From: Parcubacteria group bacterium
Lineage (GTDB): Bacteria; Patescibacteriota; Minisyncoccia; Phycocordibacterales; UBA2135
Assembly: GCA_016204045.1 (NCBI GenBank)
Contig: JACQLQ010000001.1
Span: 106,766-170,765 of the forward strand
Length of the DNA stretch: 64,000 nucleotides
Direction of reading: 5' to 3'
Shown here: positions 36,853 through 46,437 of the stretch, in pieces
How positions within the stretch are numbered: position 1 is the stretch's first letter
How the letters are laid out: each line of letters begins with the position of its first letter
Notes under the pieces: generated by a model
Seen by the model: only the letters and a program-made list of their open reading frames with translations
Told to the model about the DNA's origin: nothing
Database searches by the model: none
Position numbers and translations under genes: made by a program

Positions 36853-37986
36853 ATGAACATACCACCCCTTAAAGACATCTCAGATCTAAAAGGAAAGCGA
36901 GTACTCTTGCGTGCTGATTTCAACTTGCCGATTGTTGGAGGTGAGGTAAGAGACGATTTCCGTCTTAAGAAAGCTCTTCCGACGATAGCGTTCCTCCAAG
37001 AAAAGGGGGCAGAGATTATCATTCTTTCGCACCACTCTGATGCGGCACAAACACTCCATCCTGTTGCGAGACGTTTAAACGAAGAGTTTCCAACATACTT
37101 CGTAGAAGACATTTATAATGAAAACGAATTTGCAAAAGCGCGTGATATTGGAAAAAGAGGGACGAAGCACATTATTTTTTGTGAGAACCTTCGAAAGTGG
37201 CCTGGCGAAAAGGGGAATGATCCTGCTTTTGCGGGCCACCTCGCATCACTAGGTGATGTATATGTTAATGACGCATTTTCGGCATCGCACAGGAAACACG
37301 CCTCCGTGGTACTCCTCCCAACACTCCTGCCGTCGTATGCGGGAATGCTTTTTGAGGCGGAAGTGGAGGCGCTTTCTCGTGCATTTACACCGGAGCATCC
37401 CTTTCTTTTTATTCTTGGGGGTGCCAAAACTTCAACAAAACTTCCTGTAGCCGTGAAGCTTCTTTCCACCGCAGACTCCGTTTTTATCGGTGGCGCTTTA
37501 GCCAATACTTTTTTTAAAAAAATGGGATATGAAATCGGACGCTCCGTCTATGAAGATATGGACAAAGAAGTAGCTCTTCTCCTCGAGAGCAAAAAACTTA
37601 CGTTGCCCGTGGATGTTCTTGTTGACAATGAAGATGGCATTTTTGCCAAAAAACCAGATGAAGTTCTGCTAGGAGACAAAATATTGGATGCGGGCCCTGA
37701 AGCGGTTAAATTTCTTGAAGAAGAAATACGCAAAGCCGCATTTGTACTTTGGAATGGTCCACTGGGAGCGTATGAAGAAAAAGGGTTCGCGCATACTACA
37801 GAAGTATTGATTCAAGCAATCACAAAGAGCAAGGCATACTCCGTTGTTGGCGGCGGTGACACAATCGCAGTTATTTCTAGCATGGGCTTGGAAGACAAGT
37901 TTGGTTTTCTCTCAACCGCCGGGGGCGCAATGCTCGTCTTTTTGTCAGAGGGGACATTGCCAGGTATAGAAGCGTTAAAAAAGTAA
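36853..37986 (+). CDS. pgk: phosphoglycerate kinase
   Basis: RADFNLP N-terminal motif, and the GGA...GGG hinge and nucleotide motifs. Confidence 0.85.
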   Translation: MNIPPLKDISDLKGKRVLLRADFNLPIVGGEVRDDFRLKKALPTIAFLQEKGAEIIILSHHSDAAQTLHPVARRLNEEFPTYFVEDIYNENEFAKARDIGKRGTKHIIFCENLRKWPGEKGNDPAFAGHLASLGDVYVNDAFSASHRKHASVVLLPTLLPSYAGMLFEAEVEALSRAFTPEHPFLFILGGAKTSTKLPVAVKLLSTADSVFIGGALANTFFKKMGYEIGRSVYEDMDKEVALLLESKKLTLPVDVLVDNEDGIFAKKPDEVLLGDKILDAGPEAVKFLEEEIRKAAFVLWNGPLGAYEEKGFAHTTEVLIQAITKSKAYSVVGGGDTIAVISSMGLEDKFGFLSTAGGAMLVFLSEGTLPGIEALKK

Positions 37987-38064
37987 CAAAGGACGGCGTG
38001 TAATCGCATTGACACACAGGCCCCTCAAGCGCATACTCCATCCAGACGGATAGGGGTTGCAAAC

Positions 38065-38526
38065 ATGAGAAGCGCTGGTTTTTTCGCTGTCTCCGTGATC
38101 AGATCCTTTCTGGTAGTGACCGCCTGTTTTCTGTTGCTATCTTTTTGGAGGGTTGTTTTCCCTGAAACGATTATCTCTCCGGAAAGCGGATTTCGCATTA
38201 CCAGAGCTGATACGCCCTACATCTTGTGGACTGAAGTTGAGTATCGTTTTGACGGAGTGAATGGACGGGGCACAGTTTCAAGACATGGCCTCGGTCCTAG
38301 CTTTTACGTAACGTACGATTACATGTGCGCGTGCGTAACCTATTTTTATGACTACCGGAGCGAGCGTACAGTGAGTTATCATCCGTCGAGCCGCACTTAT
38401 CGGCTTGACGATGGAATTTCTGACAGAGAAGTGCCGTTCGATGTTGTGAGAGATGATCTCGATCGTGCGATATTGTTCTACGCAAGATACTCGACCAAAT
38501 ATTGGCCCAAAGAATACACGGTTTAG
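38065..38526 (+). CDS. secreted or membrane-anchored hypothetical protein
   Basis: N-terminal hydrophobic region. A strong terminator (ctcggtccgattatggtcggaccgag) follows. Confidence 0.4.
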   Translation: MRSAGFFAVSVIRSFLVVTACFLLLSFWRVVFPETIISPESGFRITRADTPYILWTEVEYRFDGVNGRGTVSRHGLGPSFYVTYDYMCACVTYFYDYRSERTVSYHPSSRTYRLDDGISDREVPFDVVRDDLDRAILFYARYSTKYWPKEYTV

Positions 38527-38581
38527 TACAAACACAAAACTCGGTCCGATTATGGTCGGACCGAGTTTTTATAAGAGTGTT

Positions 38582-38950
38582 TTACAAAGCAAGATTCTGT
38601 CGTATTTTCTCTGCATTGCCGGCAAAATCTTTTTTGTCCCCCGTCGCTTCATATGCCATCGGGAAGAGCCATACATGTGCGTGTGGCACCTCTTCTCCCA
38701 TCACTTTCATCCACACCGTGTCTGTCCCAAATGTTCCCTGAATTGCACGGGCAATTTTTTTAACAAGAAGAAAATATTCTGCAAAGTTCTCTACGTCCCA
38801 CACATAGCGCACATGTTTTTTTGGAATCACTTGCACGTGCCCAGGCGCTTGCGGGTTGATGTCCATAAACGACACAAAGTCGTCGTTTTCGTACACAACT
38901 TCTGCGGGGATTTCTTTGTTTGCGATTTTGCAGAAAATACAATTTTCCAT
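38582..38950 (-). CDS. HIT-family (histidine triad) protein
   Basis: CIFCKI N-terminal zinc-motif-like, PQAPGHVQVIPKKH and a C-terminal histidine motif VPHAHVWLFP. Confidence 0.65.
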   Translation of the reverse strand: MENCIFCKIANKEIPAEVVYENDDFVSFMDINPQAPGHVQVIPKKHVRYVWDVENFAEYFLLVKKIARAIQGTFGTDTVWMKVMGEEVPHAHVWLFPMAYEATGDKKDFAGNAEKIRQNLAL

Positions 38951-39082
38951 GTACTAAGTATCTCGCAGAAGACCACTCCCATGCAAGCGTCAGGGGTGGC
39001 TTGTCTCTGGAACCACGCCATATGAACCCTGCACCTAATCAAAAACCACTCGCGCGAGGCGAGTGGTGTGTTATGAGTGCCG

Positions 39083-39808
39083 TTAACCAACCCTTGACGT
39101 TTGACGATCTTCGCGCCAAATAATCTTCATGCTCGCCGTGGAGCCGATACGATTTGCTCCCGCCTCTATCATTTTGAGAGCATCACCATACGTTTTAATG
39201 CCACCTGATGCTTTGATACCCATATCTGGTCCAACAATTTTTCGTATGAGGCGGACATCTTCCAGCGTGGCGCCCGCAGTAGAAAATCCAGTTGATGTTT
39301 TCACAAAATCAGCCCCAGCCCTTTGAGCGATCTCACACGCAAGCTTTTTTTCGATCGCATTTAGGAGACAGGTTTCAATAATTGCCTTGAGGACCACCTT
39401 GTCTGGAGGAGCATTGCCACGATAGGTTTCTCGATACGTCTCGTCAATCCTTCTCCGCACTTCTCGAATTTCGTCTTCAACAGTGTCCACATCACCGTTT
39501 TTCAAGGCGCCGATATTTATGACCATATCGATTTCTTGCGCCCCATCTCGAACAGCAACGGCTGCCTCCAACGCCTTCGCATACTTCCCGTTCATTCCAA
39601 GGGGAAAGCCGATCACCGCGCATACTTTTGTGCTGTCTCCGTTCAGAAGATCTGCGCAGACCCGCACCCAATAGGGGTGTACGCAGACAGCAGCAAATCC
39701 CAAGCCAAAACCAAGTCCGCGGCTTTCCATGCAAAGACCTCTGATTTGCTGCTCCTTTGCATCGGGTCTAAGGAGTGTGTGATCAATGTAGCGCGCAATG
39801 TTCGACAT
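39083..39808 (-). CDS. deoC: deoxyribose-phosphate aldolase
   Basis: IDHTLLRPDA, VCV.P and the catalytic lysine context FVKTSTGF...GIKASGGI. Confidence 0.8.
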   Translation of the reverse strand: MSNIARYIDHTLLRPDAKEQQIRGLCMESRGLGFGLGFAAVCVHPYWVRVCADLLNGDSTKVCAVIGFPLGMNGKYAKALEAAVAVRDGAQEIDMVINIGALKNGDVDTVEDEIREVRRRIDETYRETYRGNAPPDKVVLKAIIETCLLNAIEKKLACEIAQRAGADFVKTSTGFSTAGATLEDVRLIRKIVGPDMGIKASGGIKTYGDALKMIEAGANRIGSTASMKIIWREDRQTSRVG

Positions 39809-40038
39809 TTCGTGTCGCACCCGTGCCGTATCTACTGAGAACGTATCAGGATTATTGTGGGAACACAATAGCCGCAAAGCTCTCACCTCTAGATGCCTGT
39901 AGAAGGCAACCAAATGATTACGCAGTGCCCCCACAGTTGACTTTCTTGCTATATAGGAGTAGTATAGAAAGTAAGAAAAAGATTGCCCCCAGGGGCAGTT
40001 TTTTAGAGGTTTAGTGGTATAATCTAGAGAAGCTTTTT

Positions 40039-40221
40039 ATGGCAAAAATACTCAATTATCTCAAGGAAACCAAGATGGAAATGCGACACGTATCCTGGCC
40101 AACCAGGAAACAGGTTACGTATTTTACGATTCTCATTATTGTGATTTCACTTTTAACAGCGATTTTTCTCGGCTCCTTTGATGTAGCGTTAACACTACTT
40201 ATAGAGAAGTTTATTCTCTAG
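40039..40221 (+). CDS. secE: preprotein translocase subunit SecE
   Basis: 60 aa with a single transmembrane helix, directly upstream of nusG (conserved order). Confidence 0.75.
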   Translation: MAKILNYLKETKMEMRHVSWPTRKQVTYFTILIIVISLLTAIFLGSFDVALTLLIEKFIL

Positions 40222-40231
40222 CGGCTAACTT

Positions 40232-40777
40232 ATGAGTAGACAGCAACCAACACAAGAGAGAAGCTGGTACGCAATTCATACCTATTCCGGGTACGAAGAT
40301 GCTGTCGCCAGGAACTTAAAACAGCGTATCGAATCCCTCGGCATGGAGGACAAGATTTTTAATGTGGTCGTCCCCAAGGAAAAGAAAATTAAGATCAAGG
40401 GCGGTAAGCGCGTCGAAGAAGAAGAGAAGATTTACCCAGGATATGTCCTCGTCGACATGACGGTTACTGACGATTCGTGGTACGTTGTTCGTAACACGCC
40501 GCGCGTGACCGGGTTCGTTGGCACGGGTGTGTATCCGGTACCGCTTCGCAAGGATGAAGTTGACTTCTTCTTCAAGCAAATGCAAACTGATGTAACGAAG
40601 CACGCCATTGATTTGGGAGTAGGCGAGCCCGTGGTCATCATCGACGGACCATTTAAAGAACAGGAGGGGAAGGTAAGCGAAGTAGACGAAGAGCGCGGCA
40701 AGGTAAAGGTCCTCGTCCCCATTTTCGGACGTGAGACACCCGTTGAACTCGACTTCCTCCAAGTAAAGAAAATCTAG
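40232..40777 (+). CDS. nusG: transcription termination/antitermination factor NusG
   Basis: [14 protein letters not shown] domain and a C-terminal KOW ([18 protein letters not shown]). Confidence 0.85.
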   Translation: MSRQQPTQERSWYAIHTYSGYEDAVARNLKQRIESLGMEDKIFNVVVPKEKKIKIKGGKRVEEEEKIYPGYVLVDMTVTDDSWYVVRNTPRVTGFVGTGVYPVPLRKDEVDFFFKQMQTDVTKHAIDLGVGEPVVIIDGPFKEQEGKVSEVDEERGKVKVLVPIFGRETPVELDFLQVKKI

Positions 40778-40787
40778 CAATCACTAT

Positions 40788-41210
40788 ATGGCAAAACTTA
40801 CACGTAAACTCAAACTACAACTTCCTGCTGGTGCAGCAACTCCTGCTCCGCCAGTTGGTACGGCATTAGGTCCTGCCGGTATTAACATTGGTGAATTTGT
40901 CACACGCTTTAACCAAGCGACACAGGACAAGAGAGGAAGCATCATTCCCGTAGAGATTTCTGTCTACGACGACCGAAGTTTCGATTTCATCTTAAAGACC
41001 CCTCCCGCTTCTGACCTATTGAAAAAGGCCGCTGGCGTAGAGAAGGGATCTGGCAAGAACACACTCGTTAAGGCAGGCAAAGTCAGCAAGGCGCAAGTTC
41101 GTGCTATTGCAGAAGAAAAAATGTCAGATCTGAACGCAAACGATGTGGATCAGGCGGCAAAAATCATTGCCGGAACAGCACGCTCGATGGGTATTGATGT
41201 AACTGAATAA
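40788..41210 (+). CDS. rplK: 50S ribosomal protein L11
   Basis: [27 protein letters not shown]11 signature. A terminator follows at 41222-41252. Confidence 0.9.
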   Translation: MAKLTRKLKLQLPAGAATPAPPVGTALGPAGINIGEFVTRFNQATQDKRGSIIPVEISVYDDRSFDFILKTPPASDLLKKAAGVEKGSGKNTLVKAGKVSKAQVRAIAEEKMSDLNANDVDQAAKIIAGTARSMGIDVTE

Positions 41211-41320
41211 CTTTTTAACAAAACACGGTCCGACGATCGTCGGACCGTGTTTTGTTAAGGCGTTGTCTTTGTCTCAAAGATATAGTACCTTTGCCGTAGA
41301 AATAGTCGCGGGAGCTTACT

Positions 41321-42583
41321 GTGACTACGCGAACGGAAGTGTCAGTGCCAAGGCTAGAGGACTTCAACATCGCTCCTCGATGCGGGTTCCTGCCAGAGCG
41401 AGAGCCGCTCGAATTTTTTCAAGAAGATGGTGCGGGCGGTTACTGGCCATGGGCACGCGGAATTCAAGATGTCGCAAACGTACTCCCGAAACTTTTGACG
41501 ACAAAACATGTGCGCAGGTGTATTGCAGAGGAGGTCGAAGGCAAGTGGTCTTCACGCGATAATGAAAGAATCCTCAAGCTTTCCAAATCCGCCCAGCACT
41601 GCTTAATGCGCGTAGTCTCTTTTGTTGGCAATGCGTGGGTTCATGGTGGCATCATTGATATGTGGGGCAGTAAGGCAGAGGCGCATGTGCCAGAGTGGCT
41701 TGCTCAACCTTGGTGTCTCCTCGCAGAAGAGCTGGGCACTACGCCAACACTTTCATATGCGTGGTACGCGCTTCACAATTGGAAGCTTACCGATCCTTCA
41801 GGTCCGATCTCGCTTGAAAACGTCGTGCTCATCAATAATTTCCTTGGGGGACTCGACGAAGAGGGATTTGTGAAGGTTCATATCGCCGTCGAGGCCGCTT
41901 GGGCCAACCTTCCGCTTGCGACGACGCGTGCTATCAAGGCTGTTTTCGATGACGACCCGAGAGAGCTCGAAGATGCGCTTAAGAGCGTACGAGACGGGCA
42001 AAAAGCTGCTCTTCAAGAAATGGAGAAAATGTGGCAATGGTGTTCGCCAAAAGTGTATTATGACCGCGTGCGCCTTCACATTGCAGGATGGCATAACAAT
42101 CCCGCACTCCCGAATGGTATTGTCTATGAAGGGGTGGAAAAATTTGGAGGGAAGCCGCAGCAATTTGGCGGTGAAACGGGTGCGCAGAGCTCGGGTGTGC
42201 CTCTACAATACGCCTTACTCGGTGTTCAGCACGAGGATGATGCATTCCTCAAGTATCTCCTTGGGATGCGGCAACACATGCCGCGCGAACACCGAATGTT
42301 TATTGAGAAAATAGAAGAAGTGAGTCGATCAGGGCTTTCTATCCGTGAATACGTGCTCGTGCATAGGATTTCGCATCACTCACTCCTCAAGGTGTATCGA
42401 GAGTGCCTCGCCATGCTCGAAGCGTTTCTTGCGCTCCACTACCGGTTTGTTGAGGAATATATTGCTGCGCAGGAGCAAACACTTGCTTTCAACACCACAA
42501 AGTACGGGACCGGGGGCACACACGCGCTTCCGTACCTCATGAAGCACCTTGATCGCATCCGAGTATTAAGGGAGGAAACATAA
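41321..42583 (+). CDS. indoleamine 2,3-dioxygenase-like heme dioxygenase
   Basis: GGETGAQSSGVPLQYALLGV aligns with the IDO GGSAGQSS motif, and MRQHMPREHRMFIEKIEE with the IDO MRxYMPPAHRNF region around the proximal His. About 420 aa. Confidence 0.6.
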   Translation: MTTRTEVSVPRLEDFNIAPRCGFLPEREPLEFFQEDGAGGYWPWARGIQDVANVLPKLLTTKHVRRCIAEEVEGKWSSRDNERILKLSKSAQHCLMRVVSFVGNAWVHGGIIDMWGSKAEAHVPEWLAQPWCLLAEELGTTPTLSYAWYALHNWKLTDPSGPISLENVVLINNFLGGLDEEGFVKVHIAVEAAWANLPLATTRAIKAVFDDDPRELEDALKSVRDGQKAALQEMEKMWQWCSPKVYYDRVRLHIAGWHNNPALPNGIVYEGVEKFGGKPQQFGGETGAQSSGVPLQYALLGVQHEDDAFLKYLLGMRQHMPREHRMFIEKIEEVSRSGLSIREYVLVHRISHHSLLKVYRECLAMLEAFLALHYRFVEEYIAAQEQTLAFNTTKYGTGGTHALPYLMKHLDRIRVLREET

Positions 42584-42800
42584 CCACCGCCCACGGCACA
42601 TCCGTGGGTTTTTTATTGACCACGTACGAAGTCGCGAATGCCAATTACAAAGTGATGCAACACGGCATACACCACCTCCTCCTATTTTTTATCAAGAAAT
42701 TTCTATTTGTCTGTTCGCGTTCTACTTTGTACGTGGTTGACACCGTTATCGCAACTCTATACATTTGAAAAAGAAAAGTAGCAATGAAAAGAGAAAAAAG

Positions 42801-43697
42801 ATGCAACAGTATCTGGATGTCGTCAGAACTGTTTTGACAGAAGGGCAGTGGAAAATGCCGCCGCACGGCATACGTCGTCTCTCCGTCCCGGGGCTTACCA
42901 TGCGTTTCGATTTGGACGAGGGTTTCCCACTCATCACAACTCGCGATGTGAGGGGTTCGTGGAAGGCAATGCGCGCGGAGCTTCTCTGGCTTCTCTCGGG
43001 AAGCACGGATGCGAATGAACTTGCCGAAAGATTCGGCATCAAATTGTGGAAACAATGGGCAACCAAAGAAATTTGCTCGGCGTTTGGTCGTCCGGAAGGG
43101 CAGCTCGGCCCTCTTTACGGGCATCAGTGGCGCAATTTCGGGGCAACAGTAAAGAAGACAACTGCTACCGGACATACGCTTGAATACAATCAAGACGGTT
43201 TTGATCAGATTGCTTACATGATCAAACTCTTGAAGACGAATCCCGATTCGAGCCGCATTCGCGTGAGTGCTTGGAATCCAAGGGATGTTTGGAAAGAACC
43301 AGTGGAAGACTTCAACGAGAACGTATTCATTACCCCGTGCCACGGCACTTTCCAGATTTTTCACGCGCAAGGCGAATTGACGCTCATTCTTACCCAAAAC
43401 AGTGCTGACGTACCAGTCGGCGTTCCTTTCAACATTGCTGAATACGCGCTACTTCTTAAGATGATCGCACATGTGGTTGGGATGAAGGCAAAATGTCTTG
43501 TTCATGTGCTCAATGACGCCCAAATCTACGAGGATCAGATTGATAACATGAAGGAGCTCTTAGGGCGTGAGCCGCTTTCCCTGCCACAGGTGAACATAGT
43601 CCGCGATGTAAAAGACATCTTTTCCTTTGCTCCGGATGATTTCGAGCTCGTGGGGTACAACGCGCGTCCAAAGATGAACATTCCGGTCGCTGTATGA
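42801..43697 (+). CDS. thyA: thymidylate synthase (ThyA, folate-dependent)
   Basis: LGPLYGHQWR and the catalytic Cys in ITPCHGTFQ (PCH). About 298 aa from MQQYLDVV. Confidence 0.85.
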   Translation: MQQYLDVVRTVLTEGQWKMPPHGIRRLSVPGLTMRFDLDEGFPLITTRDVRGSWKAMRAELLWLLSGSTDANELAERFGIKLWKQWATKEICSAFGRPEGQLGPLYGHQWRNFGATVKKTTATGHTLEYNQDGFDQIAYMIKLLKTNPDSSRIRVSAWNPRDVWKEPVEDFNENVFITPCHGTFQIFHAQGELTLILTQNSADVPVGVPFNIAEYALLLKMIAHVVGMKAKCLVHVLNDAQIYEDQIDNMKELLGREPLSLPQVNIVRDVKDIFSFAPDDFELVGYNARPKMNIPVAV

Positions 43698-44149
43698 GCG
43701 AGGCAACACGCGATGCGGTACACATTAATGACTCTTCGCCGAACGAGGATTACAAAAAGGTTCTCCGGAGGATATTGAAAGATGGTGTGTGTCCCTTTTG
43801 CGAAGAGCACTTCAAGTACCATGACGAGGCTATTCTTCATCGGGTTGGCGATTGGGTTATCACCAGGAACCAATATTCGTATAAAAACGCGAAGTTAGCA
43901 CTTCTCATTTTGAATCCAAAGCGGCATCTTGAGAGGTATGAAGAACTTAGCCCCGCGGATCACCTTGCTATCTCAGAGCTCGTCTCTTGGGCAATCCGTG
44001 AGTTCCGTATCGAAGGTGGTGGTGTTGCACTTCGCTTTGGCGAGCCCAAGCACACAGGTGCATCAGTGCGCCATCTGCACGCACACCTCATTGTTCCAGA
44101 GATTGGGAAAGATGGTAAAGCGATCCCAGTGTACTTTCCGTTTGGATAA
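43694..44149 (+). CDS. HIT-family protein (GalT/Ap4A-phosphorylase-like branch)
   Basis: C-terminal HLHAHLIV histidine triad and an N-terminal CPFCEEH zinc-ribbon-like motif. Overlaps the thyA stop by 4 nt. Confidence 0.55.
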   Translation: MSEATRDAVHINDSSPNEDYKKVLRRILKDGVCPFCEEHFKYHDEAILHRVGDWVITRNQYSYKNAKLALLILNPKRHLERYEELSPADHLAISELVSWAIREFRIEGGGVALRFGEPKHTGASVRHLHAHLIVPEIGKDGKAIPVYFPFG

Positions 44150-44194
44150 CAAACATACAACAAAACTCCGTCATTACGACGGAGCTTTTTTAAA

Positions 44195-45046
44195 TCAGAT
44201 AACCTGCACAATCTCGACACCCTGTGAACGCATGACTGTTTCGCCGTCTAAGCTCGCGTGGCCTGAGCCGAAGAAACATTTGGTGATTCCAGAGAATGCA
44301 ATAAACTTTGCACACACTGGGCAAGGAAAGGTGGTCACATAGATGTGTGCTCCCTTGAGCGACACCCCTTCACGCGCGGCGCGGACGATCAAGGCCCACT
44401 CCCCATGTAGTGTTGTGGAGAGGTCGCTTCTCTGCCCTGCCTTAATGTAGTCTCGTGGATCCCCAAGAGCATACGGCATGTGTTCACTTGGAACATGACG
44501 GTTATGTTCCGCAAAGAGGACTGTCTTTCCGGAGACGGCTACTGCCCCCACATGTCTCCACCAGTCGGATGATTTTTCCGCCTCCCCTTTAGCGAGCTCC
44601 ATCATGGAGCGGTCAAATGCGTCATCAGATGTCCTATCGTGCGTGACGACTTTCTGCGAGAAGACAGAAGCCTCATCCCACCTCAAGAATACTTTGTCGA
44701 AGACGGGAGAGGCGTCAGCAAGATATTTTTCGGCGAACTTCCTGGAGATCTCTTCTTGGGGCAATATCACTCTTTTGCCCGCTAAACGCGTTAGTTCGTC
44801 CTTTGTAAGAACGCTGACGTTGGCTAGGAACAACGTGGAAATCAGTACTTTTACAACCGCCGGATTCAGTCCGCGTATCTCGGTATGGAGCGGCATTAAC
44901 TCTCCGACAAAATCTGCCCCAAGGATGAATACTTCACGTCCTCCATCCCCCAGAATCGTACCTGTCACGTTTCTATCGAAGAAATCAACGTACCCCTGAT
45001 GAAGAACAGGTACGTACGCGACGATCGCAATCTTCTTTTCACTCAC
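44195..45046 (-). CDS. dCMP/cytidine deaminase-family protein with a ~150-aa N-terminal extension
   Basis: The C-terminal half has the HAEHN...PCPVCAKFI zinc-binding deaminase motifs (H-A-E / PC-x-x-C). The N-terminal domain is of unknown function. Confidence 0.6.
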   Translation of the reverse strand: MSEKKIAIVAYVPVLHQGYVDFFDRNVTGTILGDGGREVFILGADFVGELMPLHTEIRGLNPAVVKVLISTLFLANVSVLTKDELTRLAGKRVILPQEEISRKFAEKYLADASPVFDKVFLRWDEASVFSQKVVTHDRTSDDAFDRSMMELAKGEAEKSSDWWRHVGAVAVSGKTVLFAEHNRHVPSEHMPYALGDPRDYIKAGQRSDLSTTLHGEWALIVRAAREGVSLKGAHIYVTTFPCPVCAKFIAFSGITKCFFGSGHASLDGETVMRSQGVEIVQVI

Positions 45047-45609
45047 AGCTTGCCCAAAAGTTTGGCAATATTGTTTTTCAGGAGATTGCGGATCATGTCA
45101 GAGGTAGAAGTCTTCGCCTGCCGAGGAAGGACAATAACTTCTTTTGCTCCGTTGGCTTTGATTTCCTGAATCTGCCAGTCGGGGTAGCTGTCTTCCACCG
45201 CGATGAATACATCAGGTTGGACGAGCTTAAGAAGAGCGTATTGCCACTTACCCGCATCATCAACGTCGTCAATCAATGTGACGAGGTCAACGTTCAAGTA
45301 GCACAGAAGCTCCATTCTCTCGTCTTCGGGAACAGCTGGGCGGCCCGGGTCCTTGTATAGTTTCATGGTTCTGTCACTATCTACTCCGGCTATCAGCACG
45401 TCTCCGTGCTCTAACGCGGCCGCTAGGTAGCGTGCGTGGCCGATGTGATACAGATCCCAAGAGCCGATGGTCATGACGATTCTGTGACCCAACATTCGCC
45501 ACACCTCTACAACTTGGCGCACCTTATCGTAATCCAGTACGATCTTTCTGCGAAGATGCTTCACTGTATCGCATACCTGAGGTTCTTCCCGTGTCTCGGT
45601 CGTACTCAC
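45043..45609 (-). CDS. cytidylyltransferase-like nucleotidyltransferase (HxGH class)
   Basis: TIGSWDLYHIGHARYL is the (T/H)xGH nucleotidyltransferase motif. Family-level call only. Confidence 0.5.
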   Translation of the reverse strand: MSTTETREEPQVCDTVKHLRRKIVLDYDKVRQVVEVWRMLGHRIVMTIGSWDLYHIGHARYLAAALEHGDVLIAGVDSDRTMKLYKDPGRPAVPEDERMELLCYLNVDLVTLIDDVDDAGKWQYALLKLVQPDVFIAVEDSYPDWQIQEIKANGAKEVIVLPRQAKTSTSDMIRNLLKNNIAKLLGKL

Positions 45610-45680
45610 AGTATCCTCTTTTGCTAAGGGTCTAGCAGCATCTTATGGGTAGAAAAAAACGGCGTCAAGATTGACGTCGT

Positions 45681-46208
45681 TTAACTAACAGCACCCTTTC
45701 GTTCGTAGAGAATAAGCGTTGCGCTATGCTCACTTTTGTCATATCGGTTCGCAAAGGCGGCCTTATACGCGATATTCCACTCCGAAGGGTCAAGTTCCGG
45801 AAAGAATGCGTCACCTTCCGGCTCGGCATTAACAAGTGTGTAGTAGATGCGCGTGGCGTATGGCAAGAGGAGTTTGTAGATCTCTCCGCCACCAATGACA
45901 AAAACCTCACCCGCCTCATTTTCAAGGAGCGTTTCCAATTCTTCGATTGAGTGGGCAACAATACAGCCCGGTGCCGCAAAGTTTGCTTCACGAGCGAGCA
46001 CAATATTCTTTCTCTTGGGAAGCGGTTTTCCTAACTTTTCTACGATTGATTCATACGTCTTTCGTCCCTGTACCACCGTGCTCTCGGGTTGTCTAGTAGT
46101 GAGCCATTTGAAGTGCGCCATGTCATCGGGGAGATGCCATGGAATCTCGCCCTTATTGCCAATGCAACGATTCCTCGCGGCTGCTACGACGATCGAAAGA
46201 TTTCTCAT
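45681..46208 (-). CDS. folA: dihydrofolate reductase
   Basis: IVVAAARNRCIGNKGEIPWHLPDDMAHFK and VIGGGEIY DHFR motifs. Start at MRNLSIV. Confidence 0.8.
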   Translation of the reverse strand: MRNLSIVVAAARNRCIGNKGEIPWHLPDDMAHFKWLTTRQPESTVVQGRKTYESIVEKLGKPLPKRKNIVLAREANFAAPGCIVAHSIEELETLLENEAGEVFVIGGGEIYKLLLPYATRIYYTLVNAEPEGDAFFPELDPSEWNIAYKAAFANRYDKSEHSATLILYERKGAVS

Positions 46209-46437
46209 TCTCGCTCCCTCAACCACACTACGTTCTGTAGTAAGCGTATGGTTTTTTGAAATAAGGTCAAGCCCCCACACCTTTCATGCTGTCGTTGTGC
46301 GGAGGACGATGATGCACTGACCAGTATGGAGCTCCGCAGACCGACGTGGAATATATAATTGTTCCCAAAAACAACAGTCCGCAACAGCACGAAAGGTGTG
46401 GGGTCAAGTTTAGCACCCCAATAGTGTTAGTGGTATT

